This document shows positions 12,617 through 24,330 of a stretch of 64,000 nt of DNA, one piece after another (position 1 is the stretch's first letter; the number at the start of each line of letters is the position of its first letter). The DNA lies in NCBI RefSeq assembly GCF_030028105.1, contig NC_092394.1:22359939-22423938 (forward strand), in the 5' to 3' direction. This DNA is from Mobula birostris (Eukaryota). A model generated the notes under the pieces. The model saw only the letters and a program-made list of their open reading frames with translations, made no database searches and had not been told where the DNA came from. Both the position numbers and the translations under genes were made by a program.

Positions 12617-13046
12617 GTCTAGAATAACTTAGTATCTAGTCACACAGAACATGTGAAGCAACATTCCAGCTTGTATGTTCAATGCAAGTAAATGGACAGT
12701 GTTATTGCATAGTATAGTGCATGATGCTCAATTTCCAAATAGAAGATACTGGAAACAGTTAGCAAGTCAGGCAGGCCTTATGAAAAGAAAAGTTAATGTT
12801 TCAGGCAAAGTCGAGTTTATTGTCATATGCAGAAGTACATGTATGCGCAGGTTCAATGAAAGACTTCCTTGCAACAGCATTGCAGGCATCATATAAGAAG
12901 CATTCACAAGACAAAAACATTTAAATTGTACTAAATTCTTATAAGAAAATATACAATTAAAGCAAAAATCAGCCAATTTTACTGCAAAGTGGATTGCTTT
13001 CAAAGGAATAAATTGAAGTTTCTGATTTTATAGAAATTATATAGAA

Positions 13047-14253
13047 CAGCGGTCCCCAACCACCGGGCCGCGGACCGGTACCGGGCCGCAGAGCATACGC
13101 TACCGGGCCGCGAGGAAGCGATATGATTTGGTCAGCTGCACCTTTCCTCATTCCCTGTCACGGCCACTGATAGCCATTACGCATGCGAGGTCATGACCCG
13201 CGCGTCATCCGTGTCAGGGCGGGAAGGCGATCAACTCCTCGAGCTTGCAAATGATGACGGGCTGAAAAGTATGTTTGACATAAAGTCTCTGTCGGCATTT
13301 TGGATCAAAGTCAAGGCTAAATATCCTGAGATAGCCACGAAAGCACTGAAAACGTTGCTTTCATTTCCAACATTTTTCTGCTAAGCGGAGTTTTCTGCAA
13401 CGAATGCAACGAAAACTAAATTGCGGAATAGACTGGACATAAGGAACCCCCTTCGAGTATCACTGTCTCCCCTCACCCCTCGATAGGATGGTGTTGTTGC
13501 AGGGAAACAAGCCCAGGGCTCCCACTGATTCAGCGATATTGGTGTGTTGCAATGATTTTATATATTCATATGGGGAAAATATGTGCTGTGCGTTTAGTAT
13601 CCAAATATTACTTAAGATGTTATGATGCTATTCACTTATAAGTGACCTATATAACCATTTAACAATTACAGCATGGAAACAGGCCATCTCGGCCCTTCTA
13701 GTCCGTGCCGAACGCTACTCTCACCTAGTCCCGCCGAACCTGCACTCAAGCCCATAACCCTCCATTCCTTTCCTGTCCATATACCTATCCAATTTTTCTT
13801 TAAATGATAATATCGAACCTGCTTCTGCCACTTCTACTGGAAGTTCGTTCAACACTTCAAGCTCCCCTGATAATTGACTTATCATTATATCCATGCGAGA
13901 AAAATATGCGCTGTGTGTTTAATATTAAATTCGTTAGATAAACCCTTTTAGAAACAAAATTCAGTGTATTACCCACTTATCACCTATATTCTGGTAGTGA
14001 TTAACACCCACCCCTACGAACAGAATCGCCAAAAAGGATTTGCTTGGGGGCGTGGGGGGAGGAATCGGCAGGTCACGACGCGCGTGCGCATTGGTGCCCG
14101 CGCAAGGCTTCATGGTCATTGTAGTCTTTTGGGCAAACAACACATTTGACTGCTACTCTTGTTCGTTGGCAACTGTACCCCCGGTCGGCCGGTCCGCAAG
14201 AATATTGTCAATATTAAACCGGTCCGCAGTGCAAAAAAGGTTGGGGACCCCTG
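13047..14253 (+). mobile_element. Internally deleted hAT-Charlie DNA transposon with transposase C-terminal dimerisation remnant
   Basis: TIRs cagcggtccccaacc / ggttggggacccctg and a perfect 8-bp TSD atatagaa (13039-13046, 14254-14261). It encodes FWIKVKAKYPEIATKALKTLLSFPT...TKTKLRNRLDI. An antisense CR1 3' fragment is embedded at ~13650-13850. Confidence 0.92.
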
Positions 14254-14543
14254 ATATAGAATATATGCATGTAAGTTTGGGTGTTTGCAAAAGTGAAATT
14301 GGTTAGTTTGAAAATTTTATAATTTAGTTAGATTATCAAATTTTAAAAGTGTAACTAATCAATATATTTTCGTTAAAACAAGAATTTTGAGCTAATATTC
14401 ATTTATCATTATTTCTTTATGTTTATTATTGTTTATTTGCAACAGGATATTCTTAGCTACATTCTTCCCATCCACACTCAATTCTATGCAGACTGGTGTA
14501 TATTTTTGGGGTTTTTTTGTGTTCACTTTTATTTTATTTACAG

Positions 14544-14588
14544 TTTGCAAGATATGGTGACAAAGTATCAAAGGAGACAGAATAAAAC
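14544..14588 (+). CDS. MYO18A: MYO18A 45-nt symmetric cassette exon ((S)LQDMVTKYQRRQNK(T)), phase 2-2
   Basis: Acceptor ttttatttacag and donor AC|gtgaga. The 45 nt preserve frame. It matches the alternatively spliced LQDMVTKYQKRKNK exon of mammalian MYO18A. Confidence 0.92.
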
Positions 14589-14944
14589 GTGAGAATCATA
14601 TCAGAATGCCTTTAAACATGTATCTAGATCTAACCTCAGCATGCCCTTAAAAAATTATGTTGAAGTTTATGTCTGCATGGCACTACTTTTCAAGCAGAAG
14701 AATGCATGTGTGTATAAGCCACTATAACACTATCGTATGAGATCTCTGCTTTTTCAAAAGAGAGTGCCATATTGACTAATTTAACTAAGGCTTGCAATGG
14801 CATAATCATGTTAGTTTTGAGGACATTAGTCTCAAACACATATTAAACATAAATGAACTTTCAGCTGATAGTGAACTATAACCATAGTATATATCCCTAC
14901 ATTGTGTGATATCTTAAAAAAATATGTACTTTGTGCTGGTTAAG

Positions 14945-16195
14945 CTTAAGTAATAAGACAGAGCAAAGAGTTAAATTGTACCACAGAGGCAGAATTCAAA
15001 AGGGCGAAGAATGCAGGACTGAAGGTGCTGTAGTGAAATGCTGGTTGGTATGACGTTGTGGGCATCACTGAGTCGTGGCTGAAAGAAGGCCATAGTTGGG
15101 AGCTTAACATCAAAGGATATACTTTGTATCGAAAGGACAGGCAGGAAGGCAAAGGCAGTGGTGTGACTCCATTGGTAAGATACATCTTTTGAAAGAGGTG
15201 ACATGGGGTCAGAGAATGTTGAATCGTTGTTGGTGGCGTTAAGAAACTGCAAGGGTAAAAAATCATTATGGGAATCATATATAGCCCTCCAAATAGTAGC
15301 CAAGTTATGGCATTGGGATTTCTAAATGGAGCTGGAAAAGGCACACAATAAGGGTAATGTCACAATTGTAGACAAATTGGAAGAATGGGCAAAAAGGTAG
15401 CAGATGGAATACAGTGTTGGGAAATGTATGATAATGAATTTTGGTAAAAGGAACAATAGTGCAGACTGTTATCTAAATGGGGAAAGGTTCAACGCAAGAG
15501 GTGCAGAGGGACTTGGGAGTCCTCATGCAAGACTTCCAGAAGGTTAATTTACAGGTTGAGTCTGTCGTAAAGAAGGCAAATGCAATGTTAGCATTTATTT
15601 AAAGGGGAATAGAATATAAAAGTAAGGAGATAATGCTGAAGCTTTATAAGACACTAGTTAGGCTGCATGTGGAGTATTGTCAACAGTTCTGGGCTCCATA
15701 TCTCAGAAAGGATGTGTTGTCATTGAAGAGAGTCCAGAGGACATTCACAGGGATGATTCTGGGAATGAAGGGGTTAACATATGGAGAGTGTTTGGCAGCT
15801 TTGAGCCTGTAGTCACTGGAATTTAGAAGAGTGCAGTGGGATCTGATTGAAACCTACCGAATGTTGAAAGGACTAGATTGGGTGGATGTGGTGAGGATGT
15901 TTCCTGTGGTGGGGGTATCCAGATCTAGAAGACACAGCCTCAAAATTGAGAGGTGACCTTTTAGAAAAGAGGCAAGGAGGAACTTTTTTAGCCAGGGAGT
16001 ACTGAATCTGTGGAATGCTCTGCCACAGACCGCGGTGGAAGTTGATCGTTTCCTGATTGGTCAAGCTATCAAAGGATATGGTGAGAAATCAGGTGTATGG
16101 GGTTGAGTGGGATCTGAGATCAACCATGATAGAATGGTGGAACAGACTTGATGGACTGAATGGCCTAATTCTCCTCCTGTATCTTATGGTCTTGG
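14945..16195 (+). mobile_element. CR1 LINE with large internal deletion (APE start joined to RT thumb and 3' end)
   Basis: The YDVVGITESWL...GYTLYRKDR endonuclease segment jumps at ~15365 to LEEWAK...QMEY. The typical CR1 3' UTR ends ...cttatggtctt. Confidence 0.8.
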
Positions 16196-16590
16196 ATATG
16201 ACACCAATTATAATTCCGAATCTGTTATAGTGCTAGAAATTAACAGCTTTAAACCTCTATAAGAAGGCAGTAGTACTAAAGTTGGGCTTTGGGAAGAGTA
16301 CACATTCACAGCTGATGAGTTTTATGCAATGTTATACAAATATTATAATAAATTGAATGGTGGATGTTGTCTACATGGAGTTTAGAAGGACCTCAGGCAA
16401 AATCCCGCTTCATAAACATGTATCCAATGTGAGGTAGCAAATTGGATACAAAATTTTCTTGGTGGTGGGAGGTAGAGGGTGGTAGTAGGGAATTACTTTT
16501 CAGATTAGAGTCTAGTAACCGGTGCTGTGCCACGGGGACTGGTGCTGGAATATTTATGGTAACGCTCAGGTCTCCTCCCACCAAATAAAG

Positions 16591-19500
16591 TCATGTCCTC
16601 ATGACATTAAAGGAGTTCACCAATCCTCCTTGCAAAACACAAAACCCAACCCAGGTGCATAAAGCAGTGACATAACTTCCCAGAGCGGTAGAGATCAAAC
16701 CCTGTTCTCCCGGCGCTACATAGGTCAATCTCTCCAGGGGGTTCCTACTTCTCTGAGACCTCCGTACCTCCTCTGGCGACCCTTCCAGCTCAGACACCAC
16801 TGGAGACACCCCGGGTCTACCTGTCGAACCCTCGACCGCTCTCTTACTGGGAGCCCTCGTCAACTTGGAGCCCTCTGTCTCGGGTTCTGGTTCCACCCTC
16901 TCTCCCTCCAAGGCTGGCTGTATCCCAGGCTGCCCCCAACACCCTCCCTCCTCTCACCTAACTCAGTGAGGGAAGAGTCAGGAGCCTCTTCTTCCAGTAC
17001 TGGGGAATTAATGAATGGAAGCAGGTACCACACATCCGAATCATCATCCTCCAAATCAGTATCCCTCTCTGAGGCTGGGCCCGGCCCTATCTCTTTCGTG
17101 GTGAGCTCTTCCCTCGCCCCGCGCCTCCGCAGAGTCCTCGTACTAGGCGTAAACTCCAATTCGGCTCTTGGTCTATCTGCACCTCTTGACCCAGGGGGTT
17201 CCGATGGAGTACATTGACAGGCCCCTCCTCATCCTCTAGTCTCATCTAGTAAGCAGGTAGGTTCGGCTTCTGGCTCTCTACCACATAGGGGGTGGCCGCC
17301 CAGCGATCCGCCAACTTGTGTTTACCAAGTAGTCCCAAATTCCGTGTGAGGACCTGGTTTCCCGGCATAAGTTGGGCGAACTTCACTTTCTGATCAGACC
17401 TCCTCATATTCCCTTGATTCTGCTTGGTGGCTGCCACCTCAGCCAACTCGTACGCCCTTTTCAACTCTCTCCTCATGTTGGACACATACTTCAGATAGGG
17501 CTTCATAGGTAATTCACCTGCTTCAGTCCCAAAACAAAGGTCAATGGGCAACCTCGCTTCCCGCCTGAACATCAGATAATAAGGCGAGTACCCCGTAGCG
17601 TCATTGCGGGTACAGTTGTAACAGTGAACTAAATGCCCGATATGCTAACTCCACTTACTCTTCTGACTGATCACCAGAGTCCCGAGCATGTCCAACAGGG
17701 TCCAGTTAAAACTCTCAGGCTGAGGATCACCCTAAGGGTGGTAGGGTGTGGTCCTGGATTTCTCGACCCCAAGCATATCCAGTAATTCATTGATAAGCGT
17801 GCACTTGAAGTTCCGTCCCTGATCACTATGTATCCGTTTAGGGAGGCCATAATGAACAAAATACCTCTCCAACAACACCTTCGCCACTGTAGTGGCTTTC
17901 TGGTCCTCAGTGGGAAACACCTGAGCATACCTAGTGTAGTGATCCATGATGACTAAGGCATTCGTGGTGTTGCTGGTGTCTGGCTCAATAGACAGGAAAT
18001 CCATACACACCAGGTTCAAGGGTCCTGCACTCTGCAAGTGGGACAAAGGAGCCGCCTGCGCAGGCAGGGTCTTTCTCCGGATGCAGCGACTGCATGTCTT
18101 ACAGTATTCTTCAACCTCCCCCCTCATTCAGGGCCAGTAAAACCAGTCCTTGAGTAATCCATAGGTCTTTTCCACCCACAAATGCCCGGAATCATCATGT
18201 AGTGACTTGAGCACAGTCTCCCGATACTTCTCAGGCATGACCAGCTGGTAACGCCAGGGGTGGTCCGGGGGCAACGTGACCCGGTATAAGATTTGGTTCT
18301 TCAGCTTCAACCGAGGCCACTCCTTCAGTAGTAAAGGCACTGCAGCGTGTTTCGCCTTCTCTGCCTGAGCCATGTCCCCCTTTTTAGCCGCGTACCAGAT
18401 AGTGCCAATGCCCGGGTCATCTCACTGGGCCGCCCCCACTTCCTCGGGGCTCAACTCCCGCAACTGCTTGTTCCTCAGAGCAGTCAAATTACAGTTAACA
18501 GTGGGTAGCGCGTCATCATCAACCCCCCAATTGATCCACTGCCTGATCCGGCCCCATTGGGTCTCTGGCTTTAGCGTGGCTCGCAAATTGATAAATTGCC
18601 TTCACTCCCGGGGCAAGGATGCTCTCCCAGTCCTCGTCTGTGCTCGATCCCTCATGCGCCCGACGAGATAAAGCATCTGCATCAACGTTCCGTCTCCCTG
18701 GCCGGTACTTCAGGCTAAACTCATAGGCAGACAAGGCCGCCAACCACCGATGCCCTGTAGCGTCCAGTTTCATCGAGGTCAGAATATAAGTGAGAGGATT
18801 GTTGTGTGTCCTCACCTCAAACTTGGCCCCATATAGATAGTCACTCAACTTGTCCACCATCGCCCATTTCAGTGCCAGAAACTCCAACTTGTGAGTGGGA
18901 TAGTTTCTCTCTGAAGGCGACAAACTTCGGCTGACAAACGCCACCGGCCTCAGTCCGTTGCCCTGCTCCTGGTACAGGACAGCCCCCAGCCCCTCTCGGC
19001 TGGCATCAGTGTGTAGCACATACGGCTTCCGGGGGTCGGCAAAAGCCAACTCTGGGGCCTGGGTCAGCGCCTTTTTCAGTGATTGGAACGCCTCCTCGCA
19101 TTGAGCATCCCACCTTGGTCCAAAGGGCTCCGATGGGTTCAGATATCCTCCTGCCTCCTGCCCTCTGTCTCCCTTCCTTTTCTTCCCCATGGGGGGGGGA
19201 TAGCCACACAAAAGCTGGTTCAATGGGTGACTCATTTTAGCATATCCTTTCACGAATCGCCAATACTACCCACAGAACCCCAAAAACGAGCTCACAGTCT
19301 GGGGTCCCGGCCAGGTGGCCACTGTATCTGTCTTAGCTGGATCAGTAACCACTCCATCTCGCGAGATTATGTGTCCGACATAGCCGACAGACGTCTTGCA
19401 GAACTGGCATTTGTCCAGGGAAAGTTTCAACCCTCCTCCTTCAGCCGGCTTAATACCTTCAGCAGCTGCTCCCCATGTTCTTCCAAAGTAGATCCAAACG

Positions 19501-21005
19501 CTATCAAGTCATCCAGATACACCAACATCTTGAGCAAGTTCATATCCCCCACTGTCCTCTCCATGACCCTCTGGAAGGTAGCATTGGGGCATTCGATCGA
19601 ACTGAAAGAATCCCAGGAGACAGATGAAGGCCGTCTTCTCTTTATCGGCCTCACTCATCGGAATCTGCCAATACACTAAACCACTGGGCACCACTCAAAC
19701 AGGCCAACGTGTCTTCAACCCTCGGGACCTTATACTGGTCAGGGATAGTGCGCCGGTTCAGGGTCCTGTAGTCCACGCACATGCGTACCTTCCCATTTTT
19801 CTTCCTAGCCACTACTATGGGGGACGCACAGGGGCACCGGGACTCTGTGATAATCCCCGCACCCTTCAACTGGCTCAAGTGCTGCCGCACATCTTCCACG
19901 TCAGCCGGGGCCAGCCGCTGTGACCTTTCTCTAAACGGAGTGTCATTTGTCACCCGGATAGTGTGACGAGTGCTCTTGGAACAACCCACATCAAACTTGC
20001 CCTGAGAAAAGACATCTCCTAGCTTCAACATCTTCTCCACCAGCCTTCTCTTACACTCCGGCGGCACAGGGGAGTCCTCAAAATTAAAGGCCTCCTCGGT
20101 CAGCCGCCCCCTTCTCTCCAACAGTTTTCCTCCAGTGGGCCTCATGGGAGCGCTAGACATCACCGTCACCGGGAACAAGTGCGCGAGGGGCATCCCGCAC
20201 TTAAAGGTGATCTCCCTCTCCGTGGTGTTCCTTACAATCACCCCCATCCGGCATGCCTGTAGAACTGAGGGCCTCTGCAATTCAGGTCTCACCAGCACTC
20301 CAGCCGGGAACCGGGACTCCCCTTCAAGGTCTTCCAGGGCGTCTACTAACAGGGCCTCGCCCACTGGTACTCCGGGGAATTTGGGGGGCCCCAACACTAG
20401 TACCACCTCCCCTGGCCATATCACTTTAGGCCTTGCCTGAGTACACCACACCGTTCCTCGTTTGAACTCAGGATCCAGCCCCCTGTGGCCACCCGCTTCT
20501 TCGAACGCCGCTCGAAACACTGGGTGTACCGAGAGGGTCTCCAGAAAGTTCTCCCCCGACTTCTCCTTACAGGCTCCCAGGAGCCGTCGGACAAGAGGGG
20601 AGTTAGTCCCCACCAGAAGGGCAGTGCCACCTGTTTCCACTGGATCCGGACAAACCAACATCAACGTCTCAAGGGCTTCAGACACTCCCACATCGCCCTC
20701 CAAGAATTCCAATCTCACTGACCGGTACCCATCGTACTGGTAATCACCATCACTTATACTCCAAATCTCCAAGGTGTTAAACAGGGTTACTGGCAAATGC
20801 TTTAGATATTTGTTGTAGAATGACCGGTACAATAAGGTGACCTGCGACCCGCTGTCAATGATGGCCTTTGCAGAGATTCTCTCTATCCTTAGGGACACGC
20901 TGGAGCGGGGTCCCACTAATCCGTCCGGAATAAGGGCTTGGGCTTGCGGGGGTGCCATGGCAGATTTCGGGGAACGTGTTCCTCCAGAGACTCCAGTCCA
21001 TTCCC
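16591..21005 (-). pseudogene. Gypsy pol (protease, RT, RNase H, integrase), disrupted
   Basis: ORF fragments 19651-21072, 19427-19654, 18519-19253, 18128-18373, 17732-18127, 17246-17572 and 16591-17159 carry consecutive pol motifs. Confidence 0.92.
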
Positions 21006-22253
21006 TCACTGAGTCTCTCCTAAGTTTCCCGACACCTCTCCCTTCTTCGTCACTCGGGGGCTTGCCCTCCACAGGGTGTCTTGTCTCTCACAATCCCTCC
21101 GGAAGTGTCCCTCTTCCCCACATCTGTAGCACACCTCCTGCCACTCACATTCCCGCTGGAAATGCCCCTCTTTCCCACAGTTATAGCACATGCTACCCGC
21201 CGCCCCTCTCCTCCTGGGACATCTACCACTCCCAGCCCACTGCGCAGCCCGCATCCTGAAGGGGGTGCTCTCCCTGTCAAGGACCCCTTGGGTCACTCGG
21301 TTCTCAACCCTGCCACCACCTCCTGTACTGCTGAGGATCGTCCCCAGTGGCCAGAGTCCTCTTTCCAGCCCAACGCGCTCTCATCCTCCCGCTCCTCTCT
21401 AATCAGCTGACCGAGCGATGGAGGGGGACCCCTTTTATAGGACTCCAGAGACTCCAAGCCACCTTGTCCTCCCCCAGAGAACCCCTAGATATCTGATTCA
21501 CCCTCAACTTTGCCACCTTGTCCACCTTCACTACCCCTCGGCGCCGCAAACCATTGCCGAAAAATATATTCTGAGAGCTTTTCCCCTCTTCCCTGCCGCA
21601 TGTTTTGAAACTCTGCTAAAAGCTCCCAGGAACCTCCCGTCAATCCAAACCCACCCTCCAAAGCTTCCAGATATTCCGCCAGGGAAGCCAAGGGCTGTTC
21701 AGCTTTCAGCCCCCGGACGGCGTGGCTCCTGAGAAAATTCTGCACTTCGGGCAGGGCCCCTTGGCCCTTCTTGCCAGGGAGGTAATGGCTGCTGCCAACT
21801 CGGAGGTCTCACCTCTAGCTGGGGGACAGGGCTTGACCAGTCCTTCCCAGTTTGACCCCTCTTGCCCCTCTTCCTTCGTTACCCCGAGAACTTGTTCTCT
21901 CGCAAATTCCTTCAACCCTCCACCACTGGCTACTGGCACCTCCCCTGGTGTCTCATCAGACTCTTCCTCCAGTGTCTCCTCACATTCATCCTCCGGGAGG
22001 GTGTGAAGGCCCCACGGCCTCTCCTGGGGACGCTGACCATCGCTGGCAGTTCCAACGTCATGATGTCACCACTCGTACGAACCAACACCCAGCTGGATTC
22101 CATTTCTTTACTGCACCTTCTAGCTATCAGTTCTACCTTGTCGATAGCTTTAATCAGACTCAACCCTCGCACTAGCACTTCTTCCGAAGTGTGGAAATCC
22201 ACCCCACTTAACACGCACGCATGATTAACTGGTACGTCCTTGGACTCACTCAC
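21006..22253 (-). pseudogene. Gypsy gag, PNMA-like, with two CCHC zinc knuckles (frameshifted)
   Basis: N-terminal HACVLSGV...LSLIKAIDKVELIARR resembles the PNMA N-domain. Capsid remnants are RIFSG and YLEALEGGFG. The knuckles are CYNCGKEGHFQREC and CYRCGEEGHFRRDC. Confidence 0.8.
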
Positions 22254-22328
22254 ACCAGCTTACAATCTTATCTCGGTTCATCTCCGCACTACTTAACGTG
22301 GCGATTTATACAGCTTACACAGAATTCA

Positions 22329-22346
22329 ATCCCGGACGAGCCCCCA
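22329..22346 (-). other. Primer-binding site complementary to the tRNA-Pro 3' end
   Basis: The minus strand reads TGGGGGCTCGTCCGGGAT, the 18-nt tRNA-Pro PBS, 4 nt inside the LTR end. Confidence 0.92.
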
Positions 22347-22350
22347 TAAA

Positions 22351-22983
22351 TGTAATGCTCAGGTCTATCGGCTCGTGTTTATCTAGGGGAAACCCCGTCC
22401 ACCCGCTAAACCGTGTCTCACGGTTGCGTCGTTGCTATGTAATGCCACCTGGTACAAACTCACACATCAAATATCAGACAGCACACAATGTACGATTTAC
22501 AGATTACACTTTATAAATCTTACTGGAACTATGTGATTAATAGCGATACAATATAAAAGGGAAAGTAAAAGGTGCCAGACTTATCAGAGTTCAGCTACTT
22601 CGTGCACAACAGTTGGAGCTCAATTAATGGGGTCCTCTTTCCACCATTCGATCCCCTCCGACCCCCTCGACTCGCCGCTTGGGACCAACCACGGTGGTCG
22701 ACCAGAGTGCTTCCAGGACGTCCTTCCTCTTTGGGTCTTCTCCCAAAAGCCTGCCAAACCACACGGTTCCCAGCCGTATCAGACAGAATATCACCCACAA
22801 AAAGAATAACCTGGACACTCATTGGTTCGTCCCCTCTCTTATCAATAGTATAATCCAAACAGGGAGAGAGAGAGAACTCCTTACATCACAGTTATTATTA
22901 CAGAAAAGCTATTTTTATTATAACATAACAAAGAAGCCGTGTTATTAGCCTTAGCAGTAACATAAAAGAAGAAACCCCTTACA
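22351..22983 (-). repeat. 5' LTR of the Gypsy element (633 bp)
   Basis: The minus strand begins tgtaagggg and ends gagcattaca, with the PBS immediately after. Its terminal ~15 bp recur at 16559-16573. Confidence 0.88.
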
Positions 22984-22987
22984 TTAT

Positions 22988-24330
22988 TGTTCATCGTAGA
23001 AAATTAATGATTTGGAAGACAACTTGCTAATCAGAAGTTTGCAGATGACACCAAAATTAATGGTACATTGGACAATGAGAAGTTCATTTGAAGTTACAAC
23101 AGGATCCAGATCAACTGTGAAAGCAAGAAGAAGAATGGCAGACAGAATTTAATTCAGACAAGTGTGAAGATTGATGCTAGGGCATATATAGTGAATGTTA
23201 TACAAGTACCTGGTTCCCTGAAAGTGCAGATACAAGTGAACAGGGTGGTAAATAAGGCATATGATATGCTTGCCTTTGGTGACCAAGGCATCGAGTCTAA
23301 GAGTATGGACACCATATAATAGTCAAATTGTTGATTACGCCACACTTAGAATTGAGTATTGTTCTGATCAGGGTAGTATAAAAATTATCTGATTAAGCCA
23401 AGGAGGGTGTAGAAAAGACTCACAGGAGAATGGCCTGGACAGGAGTAATGAGGAGAGATTGGATAGGCTAGGATTCTTCCCTGGATTAAAGAAGACTGAA
23501 AGTTGACCTTTTCAGAGTTTTATAAAATTATGAGTGGTGCAGATGGTCACAGTCTTTTCCTCCTGTATTAATAGACAATAGGTGCAGTAGTAGGCCATTC
23601 AGCCCTTTGAGCCAGCACCGCCATTCACTGTGATCATGGCTGATCATCCACAATCAGTACCCTGTTCCTGCCTTATCCCCATATCCCTTGGCTCCGCTAA
23701 CTTTAAGAGCTCTATCTAACTCTTCCTTGAAAGAATCCAGAGAATTGGCCTCCACTGCCTTCTGAGGCAGAGCATTCTACAGATCCACAACCCTCTGTGT
23801 GAAAAAGTTTTTCCTCAACTCCGTTCTAAATGGTCTTATTCTTAAACTGTGGCCTCTGGTTCTGGACTCCCCAACATTGGGAACATGTTTCCTGCCTCTA
23901 GTGTGTCCAATCCCTTAATAATCTTATATGTTTCAATCAGATCCCCTCTCATCCTTCTAAATTCCAGTGTATGCAAGCCCAGTTGCTCCAATCTTTCAAC
24001 AAATGACATTCCCGCCATCCTGGGAATTAACCTTGTGAATCTACGCTGCACTCCCTCCATAGCAAGAATGTCCTTCCTCAAATTTGGAGATCAAAACTGC
24101 ACACAATACTCCAGGTGGGGTCTCACCAGGGCCTTGTACAACTACAGAAGGACCTCTTTGCTCCTATACTCAACTCCAATATCAAGGGAGTCTAGACAAG
24201 AAAGCATTGGTTAAGATGAGAAGGAAAAGATATGTGGGATCTGAGGTGCAGGTTTTTTATACAGACGGTGATGGATATATGAACAAGCTGCGACAGGAGT
24301 TAGTAGAGGCAGGTACAGTTATAACATTTT
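22988..24330 (+). mobile_element. Old CR1 RT/3' region (continuation of 16350-16553), host of the Gypsy and of a younger CR1
   Basis: Joining the Gypsy flanks restores the G(V)PQGSVLGPLLF...INDL RT motif. FADD is at ~23038-23049. Confidence 0.75.
23571..24178 (-). mobile_element. Younger CR1 3' fragment nested in the older CR1
   Basis: ORF 23842-24081 (KDILAMEGVQRRFTRLIP...RGDLIETYKI) plus a CR1 3' UTR. Confidence 0.85.

Larger units (their letters stand above)
16558..22983 (-). mobile_element. Gypsy (Metaviridae) LTR retrotransposon, degenerate, antisense to MYO18A
   Basis: Domain order is gag-PR-RT-RH-IN: DSGS protease, YLDD RT, TDAS RNase H, HHCC plus SDQG integrase. The 5' LTR is 22351-22983 (TG...CA), with a 4-bp TSD ttat (16554-16557, 22984-22987). 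There are multiple frameshifts and deletions. Confidence 0.95.

Noticed and set aside
12350-12632. Extension of ORF 12213-12632 beyond the exon
   Set aside because: Read-through past the donor at 12350 into intron and MITE sequence; MYO18A similarity stops at DLIN.
14446-14543. Upstream acceptor (ttgcaacag at 14445) giving a hydrophobic, TM-like alternative tail
   Set aside because: It is 98 nt upstream of the real acceptor and so out of frame with the cassette exon. The hydrophobicity simply reflects the T-rich tract.
19083-22948. Numerous + strand ORFs over the Gypsy element
   Set aside because: Antisense shadows of GC-rich gag/pol and LTR sequence.
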